Source: the human T2T-CHM13v2.0 reference genome, Homo sapiens
DNA: 64,000 nucleotides
Direction: 5' to 3' (one strand)
Assembly (NCBI RefSeq): GCF_009914755.1
Contig: NC_060930.1
The notes under the pieces are model-generated. The model did not search any database and was not told the DNA's origin. It saw only the letters and a program-made list of their open reading frames with translations. Positions 1-13,672 of this stretch are shown here, one piece after another. Every line of letters starts with the position of its first letter. The first letter of the stretch is position 1. Both the position numbers and the translations under genes were made by a program.

Positions 1-44
1 TAGGCAATATGGAGATAATAGTAAACAGGATTTTGTAAGAGATG

Positions 45-185
45 TTATTTATTTATTTATTTTTAAATAGAGATAAGGTCTTGCTATGTTGCCCAGGCCG
101 GTCTCGAACTCCTGGGCTCCAGCAACCCGCTATCCTCAGCTTCCCAAAGTGTTGGGATTACAGGCATGAGCCACTACCCTCAGCC
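45..185 (-). mobile_element. Alu monomer (FLAM/AluJ left arm)
   Basis: ttgcccaggccggtctcgaactcctgggctc...cccaaagtgttgggattacaggcatgagccac with a (TTTA)n tail. Confidence 0.85.
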
Positions 186-3100
186 TGAGACATTATTTGA
201 GGAGGAGGTCATGAATATATAATTAACTTAGGAGTACAAATGAAAAGTTTTCTCTTGAACCTACCTTTTTGAACAGAAGAGGTGATTTTTAGGTATAATG
301 GTGTGCAAAGTAACAAATAACAGCCTCTAAAGACATTTAAAACAATAAATAAAGCATAAATATCTTTATTCAGGATGAACTGAGTTCTGAAGCCTGATGT
401 TTTCAAGAGTTCTTTATTATCAGGTGGCTTGTGAAAGCCCGTCGTTAACCAAACGTGTTGTGTTTGCCTCAGAATTTTATTAAAAAGGTATGCATAGGTT
501 CATATCCCCCTTATGTGAGGTGGCAGTGAAACAGAAACTTGATAGAAATATTGAGGAGGGGAAAAGATGAAGCCACCGCGGCACCTGGCCTCCCTCTTTC
601 ACTTCCCTTTCCAACTCTGCTCCTTTGAGATGTTCTTCGAGAAGATGGAGGAAGCTTGCTGGGTTTAGGGTCATCACCCAGGATCTGGCGACGGGAGTGC
701 CTCAACATGGGGAGTTCCCTCCCCAAAGCCCAGAGCTAACTCGTCACATCCAGCTGCTGTCAGGAGTTGAGCAGTCCTGTCCCCTGGCTTTCCTGGGAAG
801 GCCTGGGTGGAGGCGGCAGGAGCAGGCAAGGGACCAAGAGAGTGCCTGCTAGACCTGATGCCTCTCCCTTCCCCCCTGAGCCCCCAGGGAAGGAGCTGCC
901 TTATAGACTCGGGTACAGGGAGGCAGGGAATAGAGGGTTGGAATCCAGAAAAGAGGGTGGAGGGCATGACTGCAGTTACTGCCATTGTCTCAGGACAGAC
1001 AGACCAAGCCCTGGTACAGAAATTGTTTGGCTGTTGGCCTTTTCTCTTCAGATGTTTACATGCAGGAAGTGCCTTTGATAAAGTATGGTTTGCTAACATG
1101 AGTATGATATGCATGCGCATTTTTGGATGCCAAACACATAGGCAGATGAAACTAAGAAGCCAGATGCTAAGATAGTTGTTGATGAATTGAAACTAGCCTA
1201 ACTGGCTCCACTGTTGGAGTCATTTGCTCAAACTACTCCAAACTTTTGTTTGGTCTACTGAAAACATTAGTTGGAAAGGTACAGCGTTAATTTAAGGCAG
1301 GGAAGCCTCCAGCACGTGAGAGTCGTGTCTCTCTCGGTGATGCTGGGAGGGAAGGATGGGAGATGAGAGTCATTTCACGGCCGCCTAGCTCCTCCTCTTC
1401 CTCTCCCTGCCCTGGAGCTGCAGCCTCAGCTTTCAGAGTCTCTTGCCTGGTGGTAGGCCCGGCGAGCGGTTGGATTTTAAGTATCTCAGTTATTTTCAGT
1501 ATCATCAGTCATCACTTTCAGAGTTCCTTTTCTTTTTCAAGGGTACCCAGTCTAACTGTTTAGCTCCTTTTCAATAGCCCTCCTCACTCACTTACGCCTA
1601 GTCAGGAAGATTAATAATGTTAACTGATTTACTATCACTGCAAAAAGCATTAGTTAATTAGACTTTTACACCTCAGTCAGATGGCATTAGACACCCTTTG
1701 TGCACTTTAACTCAAGGATGTTAAAGACCTAAATCTTTCAGAAAAAAAGAAAAGAAAGAAAAAGGACAGGCACTTTTCCAGTTTAAGCTGCATGTTGGTC
1801 CATGTTAATTAGGCATTTGTCCTTTAGTCTGGAGGTGATAGAAAATGCCAGTTACTGTGGTATTTAACTGACATCAAACTCCTGTCCAAATAATTCAGTT
1901 GGGCCCAGCCTTCTCTCTTAATTGGTGGGAAGGAAAACTTCGGCACACACCCAGAATAGGGAGGAAACTGTTACGTTGAACATTTTGAAGTTTCATTCTG
2001 AAGGATCTGAAAGACACTTGAATATTTTTTAAATTAACTATCCAGTTGAGCTTTTTAAAAACAGTAACAAAAGAATCTCCCCTCAAACTTGAGCTACCCC
2101 AAATGATTAGCTTTTGTAAGTCTTCAGAAAATGAAAGTTTAGTCATTGTAATCCAAGGTCAAAGTGGTGGTTGTTATCCAAAGCTCTTATAGATTTATGT
2201 ATCTGTTTGGCCCTGTTTTAAACAGTGCTCTGAAAATTGACAGTTTTCTAGCTCACACTCGTATTTCTTTATTAATACCAGAAATTCACAAGTGGGTTAA
2301 GGCACCCACCAGTATACACATTTAAAAATCAATATATGCTAGCATATTGGGACAAAAGTGACATGAATATGATTGTTTCATGGGAGCAATTAGATGACAC
2401 TTTTTTTGTTTTGTTTTTAAAAGTAACTTGTTCCTAGTTGTTGGAGAAGGTAATCCTCCGTAATAAGAGTATAGTTTACCTTATTCATGAGTTACGTAAA
2501 ACAATTACAAAAATAATGAAAAGATTTTTTTTCTAACTAGTAGGTAGCCTTATTTGACTCTAAACCTTACTCACTTTTGTGTATGGTTTCTAGCCAAAGG
2601 TTCACACATGTGAGAACATTTCACTTTTAGTACTGAACTACTTTTTCGTGCACTGAATGAATACAATATGTTAACACTCCTGTAAGGCCCAGAATTGCTT
2701 GGCTGCCCCTTGCCCTGCCTGCCTGGTACTGGCTGAAAAGGTACCATTGTTTGTTCTGCAAACACTGAGTGATGTTTGTTTCCAAGGTGACTGGTTCTAT
2801 TGCTGCCCTTTAAGCAAAGGTGGGAGGGGGGATGGGGGAGAGAGAAAGTTGGCTTCAGACACCTGAGAGCATCCTGTTCTGGGTACAGTGTGTGTATGTA
2901 TATGTTTGTAAGTTGAAATTTTATTTTAACTGAGGTAATTGGAGAAAAAGGGATAGTGTAGAAATGGGAGGAAAAGACAGTATCAGTAAGTTAAAAATAT
3001 CAGTAGGTTCTGATGTTTAACTCAATATACTTTGAGTGAATGTAATGGTAAATGTTAAAATTAAAGATCTGGTTTGACTGAAGTTAACTTTACATTTGGA

Positions 3101-4149
3101 GTTAAGGGGAGAAAAATAGATAACTGTTGAAATGTTAAATTTATTTTTGCATAAAATAGTTCTGCTATAACCTATGTGTAGCTATTCAAACAAATAAATA
3201 TTCGACAATATAACTGAATTGGTTATTGATCAGGTAGTTGGGCCTTCAAAAAAAAGTATGAGAATATGAAATATAAACAGATTTAAGTTCTGTAAAAACA
3301 AAATCTGTAAAATCATTCAGGTATATTTGTGTTCAAAATTTTCCAAAAAGATTAGATTAAAAGTATCTTTTAATTGGTGATATATATTGACTCCATTAGA
3401 CTTTGGAAATTTATATTTTATCAGTCAGAACTTTTAGATTCAGACTAGAAAAAAAATTCCTTCTTGGTCCTTTCCCCCACCCACCCTTTTTATTGTACAT
3501 AGATGCTGTTAACAGAACTTTGCCTTTTTCATTCCTATCAGGTTTAGTACAGTTCATGCGCAGGTTTCAGTAAACATTAACTACTTTTATCAGAGCTTGC
3601 AGTGTGCTGAATGGTTAGCAAAGAGAGTGTACTGCAAGAGACAGATGAAAATGAGAGAGTCCAAGGTCACATGGATTTTGAATTTTTTTTAATTATTGAG
3701 AATTTAGGGGAAAGACCATCAGGCTTCACACTTTAAATCTCTTTATGTGGGCCTGCCACACGGCGTCTTTGCCAGCTTTTGTATGTACTGAAGCTAAAAC
3801 ATTTGTTCAGATGCTGATTGGCAAGGCAAGTGACTTTAAAACATGGTTTTTTTTTCTTTCAATTAAAAAAAGTTTTATTCAGGGCTGCCTTCTAGGATGA
3901 AAGATTCTCAAGGCCCTATCAAAGACGTAATGCAACACTTATCGTGGTGATTCTTAAGACTCCTTTGAATTTTATAGGGATATCCTTTTTCTCAAAGATT
4001 TTTCAGGATTGCCTTCTGATAATCTATTTCGTTTCTGGAGTTAGCACAGTAACTCGTAAACCAAGTGCTAAAAGATGAAATCTGAAACACAGATATAGAA
4101 TAAACGTGTTTTGGATATCATGTAATGTTCCCCAACTTTTGCCTATCAT

Positions 4150-5100
4150 TTTCGAAAACAGGAATGTGATCTGTACTTATTTTTAGAGAAAAGGACACGA
4201 ACATTTGAGAAATTACTGACAAAAATTATTCTCCTCCTGCCCCTCCGATCCAATAGGTTTGAAGCCGCTGGTCCTCGCCTTTTACTCCTTAGCTGGACAG
4301 CGGGTTCGGGATCTGCCCCATGACTAAGGCTGAAGTGGAAAGTTGCGAAGATAGAACAAGAGTTGTTCCTTAGGGTGGTGTCCCTAAACTTGAAAGTGGA
4401 CTTGGTCCTGCTCGCAGGTGGGCTTGCACGCGCCAGGCTTCGTGTGGTGGCTCGCGCGCGCTGGCCCCCGAGCGCCAGCGTGGGTGACCCGTGCCCCGCC
4501 CCGGACGGCCTTTTCACCCTGTTCTGTTTCTGGGGAGGGGCGAGGGGAAAACTGCGGGTGCCTTCCCTCAGAGGCGGGCAGCCATTGTGCCTCGGGAACA
4601 CGGTCTGAGTAGAGTTGTGTTCGCACAGCTGAAGGCGGCCGGCGGCCCTCCCAGGGCCTCGAGGGTCTGTCTGTGCCCTCCTCAGGCTGGGACCGGGCAG
4701 CCGACTGCCCGCGTCAGGGCTCCACGGCCGCAGGGGCCCCCTCGGGCCGCCCCCAGGGCTCCCGCGGTGGGTGTCCGGTGAGCGGGTAGCGAGGCCATCA
4801 GTCAGGGCGGCGGGCGCCGATTGGCTGGCGGGCTGGCGGGGGCCGGGCGGGGCGGGGCTCGGTGTTCGTTCGCGCTGGCGTTCCCCCGTGAGTAGAGCCG
4901 CGTCTTCCAGCGGATCTTGCCGCACTTTCCTCAGTTGCGAAGGGCACGGCCGCTGGGGACACAACCTAATGAACAACCGGAGCTCTTCAGAGATGCCTTT
5001 AGCAACTCAGCTCCTTAAAAATAATAAATTCCTCTTAGGGAAAGATTAGAAGATGAGTGTGCTTGGAGCGAACCCGTGCCCGCCCCCCCGCCTTTTTTGG
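4150..5100. promoter_or_regulatory. Intronic CpG island / candidate alternative promoter
   Basis: Very dense CpG and GC content compared with the flanks. Inverted CCAAT (ATTGG 4820-4824) and tandem GC boxes GGGCGGGGCGGGGC (4845-4858). CpG enrichment tails out to ~6350. Confidence 0.8.
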
Positions 5101-5524
5101 CTAGAGGGCATTTAGCCTGTGACCACTTTTAAATTTTCACAAGATTTGCATAGACATGAGCATGCCCACTCGCATTATGTAATTATTTCCCCAAATAAGT
5201 CCCCATTGAAACATTTGGCTTCCCCGATGGCTATTTCAGAATAAAAACATGTAGCAGGGTATTTCATGATGGGTAGCTCCAAAAACTTTTGTTTAAAAGA
5301 AAAACCACGTATCTAGAAAATGCTCCTTTAAGCCTTTTTTGACGAGGAGGAGGGGTGCAGACACTTGCCTGCGGCAAAGTGAACCTGGAAGGAGCGGGGC
5401 GTGTGTAGGACAGAGCCCAGGAGAACGGGCAGCCGGGTGGCCGGGCCAGGAAGCAGGGCCTTTCTGGCCCTTTCCGCAGAGGGCTGGATAATTGCCTCTC
5501 CTTTCTAAAAGGAGCCGTTTTCTG

Positions 5525-6099
<575 letters not shown>

Positions 6100-7814
6100 T
6101 CACTGTTTGGTAACCATCAGGCTGTTCCGGTGGCTAAAGGTTGCCTGCTGCCAGGCGCCTTGCTGAGTGTGCCCTGCCTTAGTCTGAGACAGTTCGTGGG
6201 GTCAGGCTTGACCCCCAGCAGGCCCGCTTCATGAGCTGGCGCCTCTGCAGCCATGTGATGGGCGGAGCCACGTGGGGCTAGCTTACCAAGCCAGGGCACT
6301 GACTTCTGCCCCAAGGCCGGGCAGGGAGGACCCCAGCACCGGCCACTCTAGGACCCTAGAATGAGTTCAGTGACTTTACGTGGCACCCCCTCTTTCCACT
6401 TTGAGACTTACCTCACTTTTGCTGCACCACCTTTGGTGGTCGCTTTTCTCTTAATAGTGATTCTTCATTCTTCATGGGGGGATAACTTTTCTCTTCTACA
6501 CATGCTGGGACCCCTCTCCAGGAGGTTCTGGTGGAGCATGAACCAGTGGCTGGGGCATTGGAAGCTTCCCAGGCGATGCAAATACAAAGCCCTAATAAAG
6601 CTTTCAAAACTGCGTTAGAAACAGGTCACTTTTACATTTGTGTTGGAAACTTGTCTTGAGACAAATGAATACATTTGAGCCACTGGGATTTTTGGGGAAA
6701 ATACAGCTAAAAGGGTTAGGAAATGATACATAAGGAAATTCTCCCATCTGATGCTGGCTGGCTTGCTTGCTTGCTGCAAACCCGAGTGTTTTCTATTAAG
6801 TGAGGCATTGTGGTTCCTATGCTAGCCCTGATGGGCCTTCAGCACTGGCAGGTGTAAATGCGGCTCATTAATTTTTTAAGAAGTTGGAACTCTGACAGTT
6901 TTCAGGGATGCTGAGTAGCTGGTACCAGATGTTTCTTTTGTTAAGGGCATGGAGAGGCAGTGTCACAGGTAATCAGGCTATGGTCGTTCACTCCCTTGGT
7001 CTGAGACTATGCGTTTTGTGGTGCTGAATGTTTTCTTAAACCAAGAAGGGTGTGGGGAGGTGCATGTTCTGGTTTCTAGTTGGGCTTTCCCCCGACACTG
7101 GCTCTTGCAGTATTATCTTAGGTAGAGGTGTTGACTCAATTATCATTAGACCCAGCTCCTGTTGGAAGAGAGTAAATGGTGCTTGGGGCCTCTTTATCTA
7201 GACCGTTTTGCCACCGCTGAAGTGACAGCCTGTGCTTCTAACTGAATTCAGTCCTTTTTTTTCACTCCCTTTCTGTGGAACAACAGCAAAGTCGGCTGCT
7301 CATCATTCGGGTGCAGACTTTACAGCCTCTGAACAGCCTCTGCTTTTGCAGTTTATGAATGCACCATTTGTTGTTTTGAGCACAACTGTTAGATACAACT
7401 GGCCTCTGCAGCCCACTCTGCCGGCGACCAGTGTGCATCACTGCAGCCTTTTTTTCTTTCTTTTTTTTTTTTTTTTTTGCATAGGCCAAATTTTTGCTTT
7501 AAATACCACCATTTTGTCCACACTAGAATTTCTTTGACCCAACTTACATTTTTTCAAATGTAAGTTTCAGAAATAAGGTTTTAATTTGCTCAAACTGTTG
7601 GTCTAGGGATCCTGAATAAGTGCAAGTATTTTACTTTATTAAAGGGGGAATTGTTTTTGTGGCTTGGTTTTGCACACTTTTTTTTTTATATTCTCAAACA
7701 TGTGACTTCCAAATTTTCCTTTAAATTGGGTTGAAGTTAGAAAGTTTTATTATTTCCTAAGTCATTATATTTTTTCTTTTTGAGCTTTATGCACAAATAA
7801 TGTTTTCAGTTTAG

Positions 7815-7960
7815 AACTTAAGATCTTAAATGTTCTCATAACAAAAAATAAATATATGAGGTTATAGATATGTTAGCTTGATTTAACCATTTCACAATGT
7901 ATACATGTATCAAAACCTCACCTGTACACTGTACATATACAATTTTAATTTGTCAACTAT
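7815..7960 (+). mobile_element. Old L1 (L1M) 3' end fragment
   Basis: aaatgttctc...gatatgttagcttgatttaaccatttcacaatgtatacatgtatcaaaac...ttgtcaa resembles L1MA/MB 3' termini. Confidence 0.65.
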
Positions 7961-10900
7961 ATTATAATGTGAAACTTAATTTTTAAAACTGAATTTAAGG
8001 GAAACTGTCAAAACCAAACTTTACAATGTGGTATTGAAGAGTATTTATAAGTAACTGTTTAATTTCTCATTCTTCTGCTCTTGAAACATGGTCTTATCCA
8101 AAGGTGATAGCATTAATGTTAGGATTTTCACTTCTGTTTTGTTTTTCTCACATAGACATTCTTTGGCCCTGTGTAATTATATAGGTGCTGTGTTCTCTGG
8201 TTGTATACATTGACATTATTCCTTTTTTTTTTTTCACAAATTATTTCTATTTCTTTGTATTTTAGTTAATGAAGTATATTTTAATCTTTTTCTACTGTGC
8301 TTTACATATTCAACAACTGGTTCAAATTGTCAGTTCTAACTGCTTTTAGGCCTTGCTTCTCCCAAGGAGATACATTTCTGTTAAGGCAGCAGTAAACATC
8401 TTACAGCAACCAACTCTATGTGCCTTGGTATCCTGGAGCTTCCAAAAATGAAACAGTCACTTGTTGAAAATGAAGAAGCTTTCTGTAGTTGAATTTTGAA
8501 GTAGATATATTTATTTGTTGTCCTTCAGCGAGGTTATGAAGGCCCTGGGTTACATCTGCATTTTTTATAAAATTGCGACATACAAACATAGTTAAGGGGG
8601 GAAAGTGTAATCTTTTGTGAGAGTCATGCTTTCTTCTTCGTCTCACCGTGTAGAGGGGAAGATCTGTCTTTTTATGATTAAAAAAGACACCCATTCTTTC
8701 CACTACCTGAAGAATCTTGAAGGTCCATGTGAAGACAAAGCAGCCATAAACAACAAGTTAGAGGGAAAACGAGCTTGTGTGTTAGTGCTTCCAAGAGCAG
8801 TTTTCTCAGCTCTGATCTGTTGTAATTTTCAGAGCAGGTTTACATGTGTGGTCGCATGTTTTGGTGGTTGGTTTTGACCTGGACCTTTCAACTGAGCAAA
8901 GTCTCCTTGGACTTTTCTCCTTTTCCCATAGTTTCTTGCTGGCTTCTACCTGTGATTAGTATGTGTGTTGCTTAAAATGGCAACTGAAACATCACCAGGA
9001 ATTTTCACCAGGTAGAAACTGCTTTTCCTGTATCAAAACAACCAGTACAGCTTAGCTGATGCTTCTGTTGCTAAGCAGGTAAATTTCTGGTCTTCAGGCT
9101 GCCCTTATTAACCCTGTAAATGCCTAATGTCAACCGAAGAAGAAGAAGAAAAGAACTTGATGCTTCCTTCTCACCTTAGTGCTTTGTTCAAGTGCGTGAA
9201 AACTGGACCTAGCTCAGCCTAATTTCCATGTATCTATTTTAGAGGACCTAACCTCGATTAACCTATTTTGCAGGGTCAGGAGGAGAATTGGGAGATGGAG
9301 AGGGCCTGTGAGGTTGGTAGTTTCCAGTGAAATGTCAGCCCCAGTAGCTGATAGTGGAAGTCTTATACTAGATGACCAAAATTATGGGTTTATTTCAGCC
9401 AGTAATGGGCCCCGTCTTTTTCTTTGGGACTTTTCTCTGCCTGTAGCTGCCCCTATGCCTGTGGGGAGAAGAAGAGGGAAGAAAGGGGTTGCTGTTTGCA
9501 TCTATTTGCCAGAAAGGAGTTAACAGAACATACCGCAGAACAGGTTGGGCAAGACTGTTAAAGCCAGTGCCTTCCTCTCTCTTTCTCTCTCTCTCTTTCC
9601 CTACCCCCTACGCCACCTCTCCGTATCCCTCTCCTTCCTGCTCTGCGCACCGTCTCCCCACCGCCCCCCAGGACTTTAATACATCTTCAGACTATACTCC
9701 CCCCACCAACACACACACACAGATGCACACACACACTTCAGTATCTGGCTTTCCTTCTAGGCAGAACATGGATGTGAATAAAACACTTTGTGGAGCCTGT
9801 TGTGTGAGAAGCAGGCAGCGGCTGTGGGCCTCAGCCTTGCCATCTGTTTCTAGAGCAGTCTGTGGCCCGCTTACCATGCCCTCTGTCATGTAACATAGGC
9901 CCCATTCAGCAGCAGCATTCTTGAATGTGCATTTATGTCTCTGTGGGACCGGGGGTAGATGGCCTGAGAGGGGGAAAGCAGGAGATGGGAGGGGAGGAGG
10001 CGAGGTGGGGACGGAGAAGGAAGTGTGTGCACACGCAGACAGCCTGGGAGGGCAGTGAGGTGGAGTCACTGCAACTCGGTGCCAGCAAGTCAGGAGACAT
10101 TACTGCTGGAAGTATCCACAGTTAGCTCTGACTTAGGGGACGTCTTGTGGCCATAAATGTGGAGGAACCGAGCTCTTTAAAAGCCAGTTTGGGTCTGATA
10201 TAAGTTCTGCTTCGTGTTTGTGTCCATTCACTCCGTAAACATACCATATATAGTCATGTTTGAGCTCACTATAACACACATTGCAAGGGAGCCGCTCATA
10301 GTGCACACATCCTTTGGCTGTTAGAAGCAGACTCACATAGGCTATTTCTGGTGTGTCGTGGCTTTCTTCTTTCTTTTTTTTTTTTTGGTGGGGAGGAGGT
10401 GGTGGGGGAGGGAGAGGAAAAGGAGCTCTTTTTCCTTCCATCTTCACACTGGTTGGAAGATGTTTCTGATTCTAGTTTGTCTGGCACTCTGAAAGCTAAG
10501 GAACTGTATTGTCATGGCAGAAGAAACAATTCTCTGTGTGCATCTGTTTTAGAATGAAACCGTACTTTTCTTAGTATCTTAACATCACATGCATTTTGTA
10601 GTTTATGGTCTCCAGTCTCCAGCTGTTTTTGGAGCACCTTCTAACTTTGAGAGGGTGAGCTCTAGCCTGTAAAATGGACTGTGGGTGGCTCGTGGAGAAG
10701 GTGCCCTGGTGTGCTTTTCTGTGTCCTCTCTGGATTCTCCCTGAGCTGTCCACCTCTGAAGCCTGCTTCACCTTCAGACTGCCAGGGCAAGACATGCAGC
10801 TTCTGCAGAACTCATGGCAGCCGTTTTCCACTTGGCCGAGCTGGGTCTGTGAAGCAGAGAGGAATCAGTAATAGGAAAGAAATGTAGTTGTTTTTTTCCC

Positions 10901-12491
10901 CCTTAGAATACCTACCATACTGCATTTCAGCTTGGAGTGCGCAGCATGAGGCATTTGTGGTTCAGAAAAGAGGTCTTCCTTTTTCCTCCTCCTGTTTTCT
11001 TTTCCTTCCTTCTCCCCAACTCCCCAAAGGCTTACTGCCTTTCTTCTCAGGCCACGTGTGTAGATAACCTTTGAGGAAAAGATGGTTTCCGTGCTGGGAT
11101 ATTTGGATATTACCTAAAGGGACAAGATGAGCCCTTTCTTTGCCTTGTTTTCTTTCTCTGGCCTCATCAGAGTGAATTATATCTGACTGTGTGACAGTTA
11201 ATTGTACCATCCATCCCGTGTCCTAAGCTGATAAGCCCCTCTCTGTCTGCCTCCATCAAGCTTCTTTGTTTGAGAAGTTCCTAATGCAGTAGGAGAACAA
11301 AGTGACAGTTTTCTTATTTACTGAAGTCTCTAAAGCACATTCATAATGCTCTTCATTGTATCTTTCTTATAACTTCATTCCTTCAACTTAGGTAATTAAA
11401 TTGTTCCATAGTACCAGTGATTGATAAGTTAAAACTTCCTCAGAAACATCAGTGAGTTCAGGAAAAAAAAAAAAAAGTTTGTGTTTTAAGCTGCGTGTAT
11501 TCATTCCAAACTATTATTGGCTTGGTAGACAGTATTCACAGTAAGACACTGGACACTGCTGGATTGCCAATTACCATTGTGGATATAGCAGTTGATTAGC
11601 TAGCTGACTCAAAAGTAGTATATTGCTTATGTAGAGGTCGCTTATTTGGCATTCTTCGGTCCAGAATATTCAGCCGATGTGCTTGCGAGTGAGTGAGAGC
11701 CAGCAGGGTATACGTGGGGGGAGAGGTATGTAAAATAAAGTTTTCAAAGCCACAAAGGTGTTAGGAAGTCCTGGTACTAACACTCCTACCTTGATTCCCA
11801 TTGATCCTTTAGGCCTGCACTTCAGCACTATTTATTCTTACTGTAGATACAGCCCTGGCCACCTTGTCTCACATTTTCCAGTCTACATTTCTGAGGCCAA
11901 TGTTGGGGATGGAAAAAAGCCATCAGAAGGAGACACATTGACAACAAGCAGAAAAGATGTTAGGGGATGAGACAAGAATTCAAACGGCATGGCGGATTCC
12001 CATTGGGGGAATTTCACAGACTGGACAGAGGAGCCCTCTGTGTTATTTCTTAAAACTGCCTGTGTATCCACAATTATCTCAGGAAAATTTTCAATTGAGA
12101 AAAACAAGCATGGCCAACAGAGCCATGTGGTACAGTGGCAAAAGTAAAGTGGGGGGGGGTGGGTATGTCACTAGTTTCCAGAGGCAGCCTAGTGTAAGTT
12201 GTTCATCGTGATGATCCTGAGTCACCCCCACAAAAGGCTGAATTAATCATACATTGATTCACCATGCTATGCTTAAGGAAACAGGGAAGTTTGAAAGATA
12301 CTTTAGAATGATTGACACCCAGGAGTTTTATATGGAAAATTAATTTCTGAATACTTTCCTTCCCCCTCAGTGATGTGCAGCTGCTTCATGAGTTAACATG
12401 ACGTGTTAGAATAAACCTTTCAGTATAGTCAGACATATACTAAAATATTATATATTTTGCCCAGATTTGTAGAAAAAAAGTTATTCATTAA

Positions 12492-12927
<436 letters not shown>

Positions 12928-13287
12928 TAGGTACCAGAGAAGTCATAGACATCCTGGAAAACATAGTCTCTGTAGAAAAGGAATACTGAACTTAAAGGAA
13001 GTCTCAAGTTAAATTTAAACCATCAAATGGTGAATTGGAAGGAAGGAGTGCCCTCAACTAAGACTTACTGTAAAAAACCATAGAATTTTAGAGCTGGAAT
13101 GGACTTGAGAGGTGACTTGTTCTGTTTTTATGAGTTTGTCTTCATTTTACCCAGTGTTCTTCCACAATTCATGTCTGTGCCCAGAATTGAACAACTCACC
13201 TGGAATAGTGTCCACATGGCTTTTTGGCCATGAGGAATAATCCTAACTTGGAAAATAATAGGTATTTACTCAGCAGAAATTATTAGG

Positions 13288-13672
<385 letters not shown>

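Noticed and set aside
2760-2940. Donor-like sites (AAG|GTGACT, GAG|GTAATT) near a G-rich tract as another first exon
   Set aside because: No independent sequence support; such donors occur frequently by chance.
4146-4976. 276-aa minus-strand ORF
   Set aside because: Starts at TTG, lies in the GC-rich island where stops are rare, is P/R/G/A-rich and has no recognisable domain.
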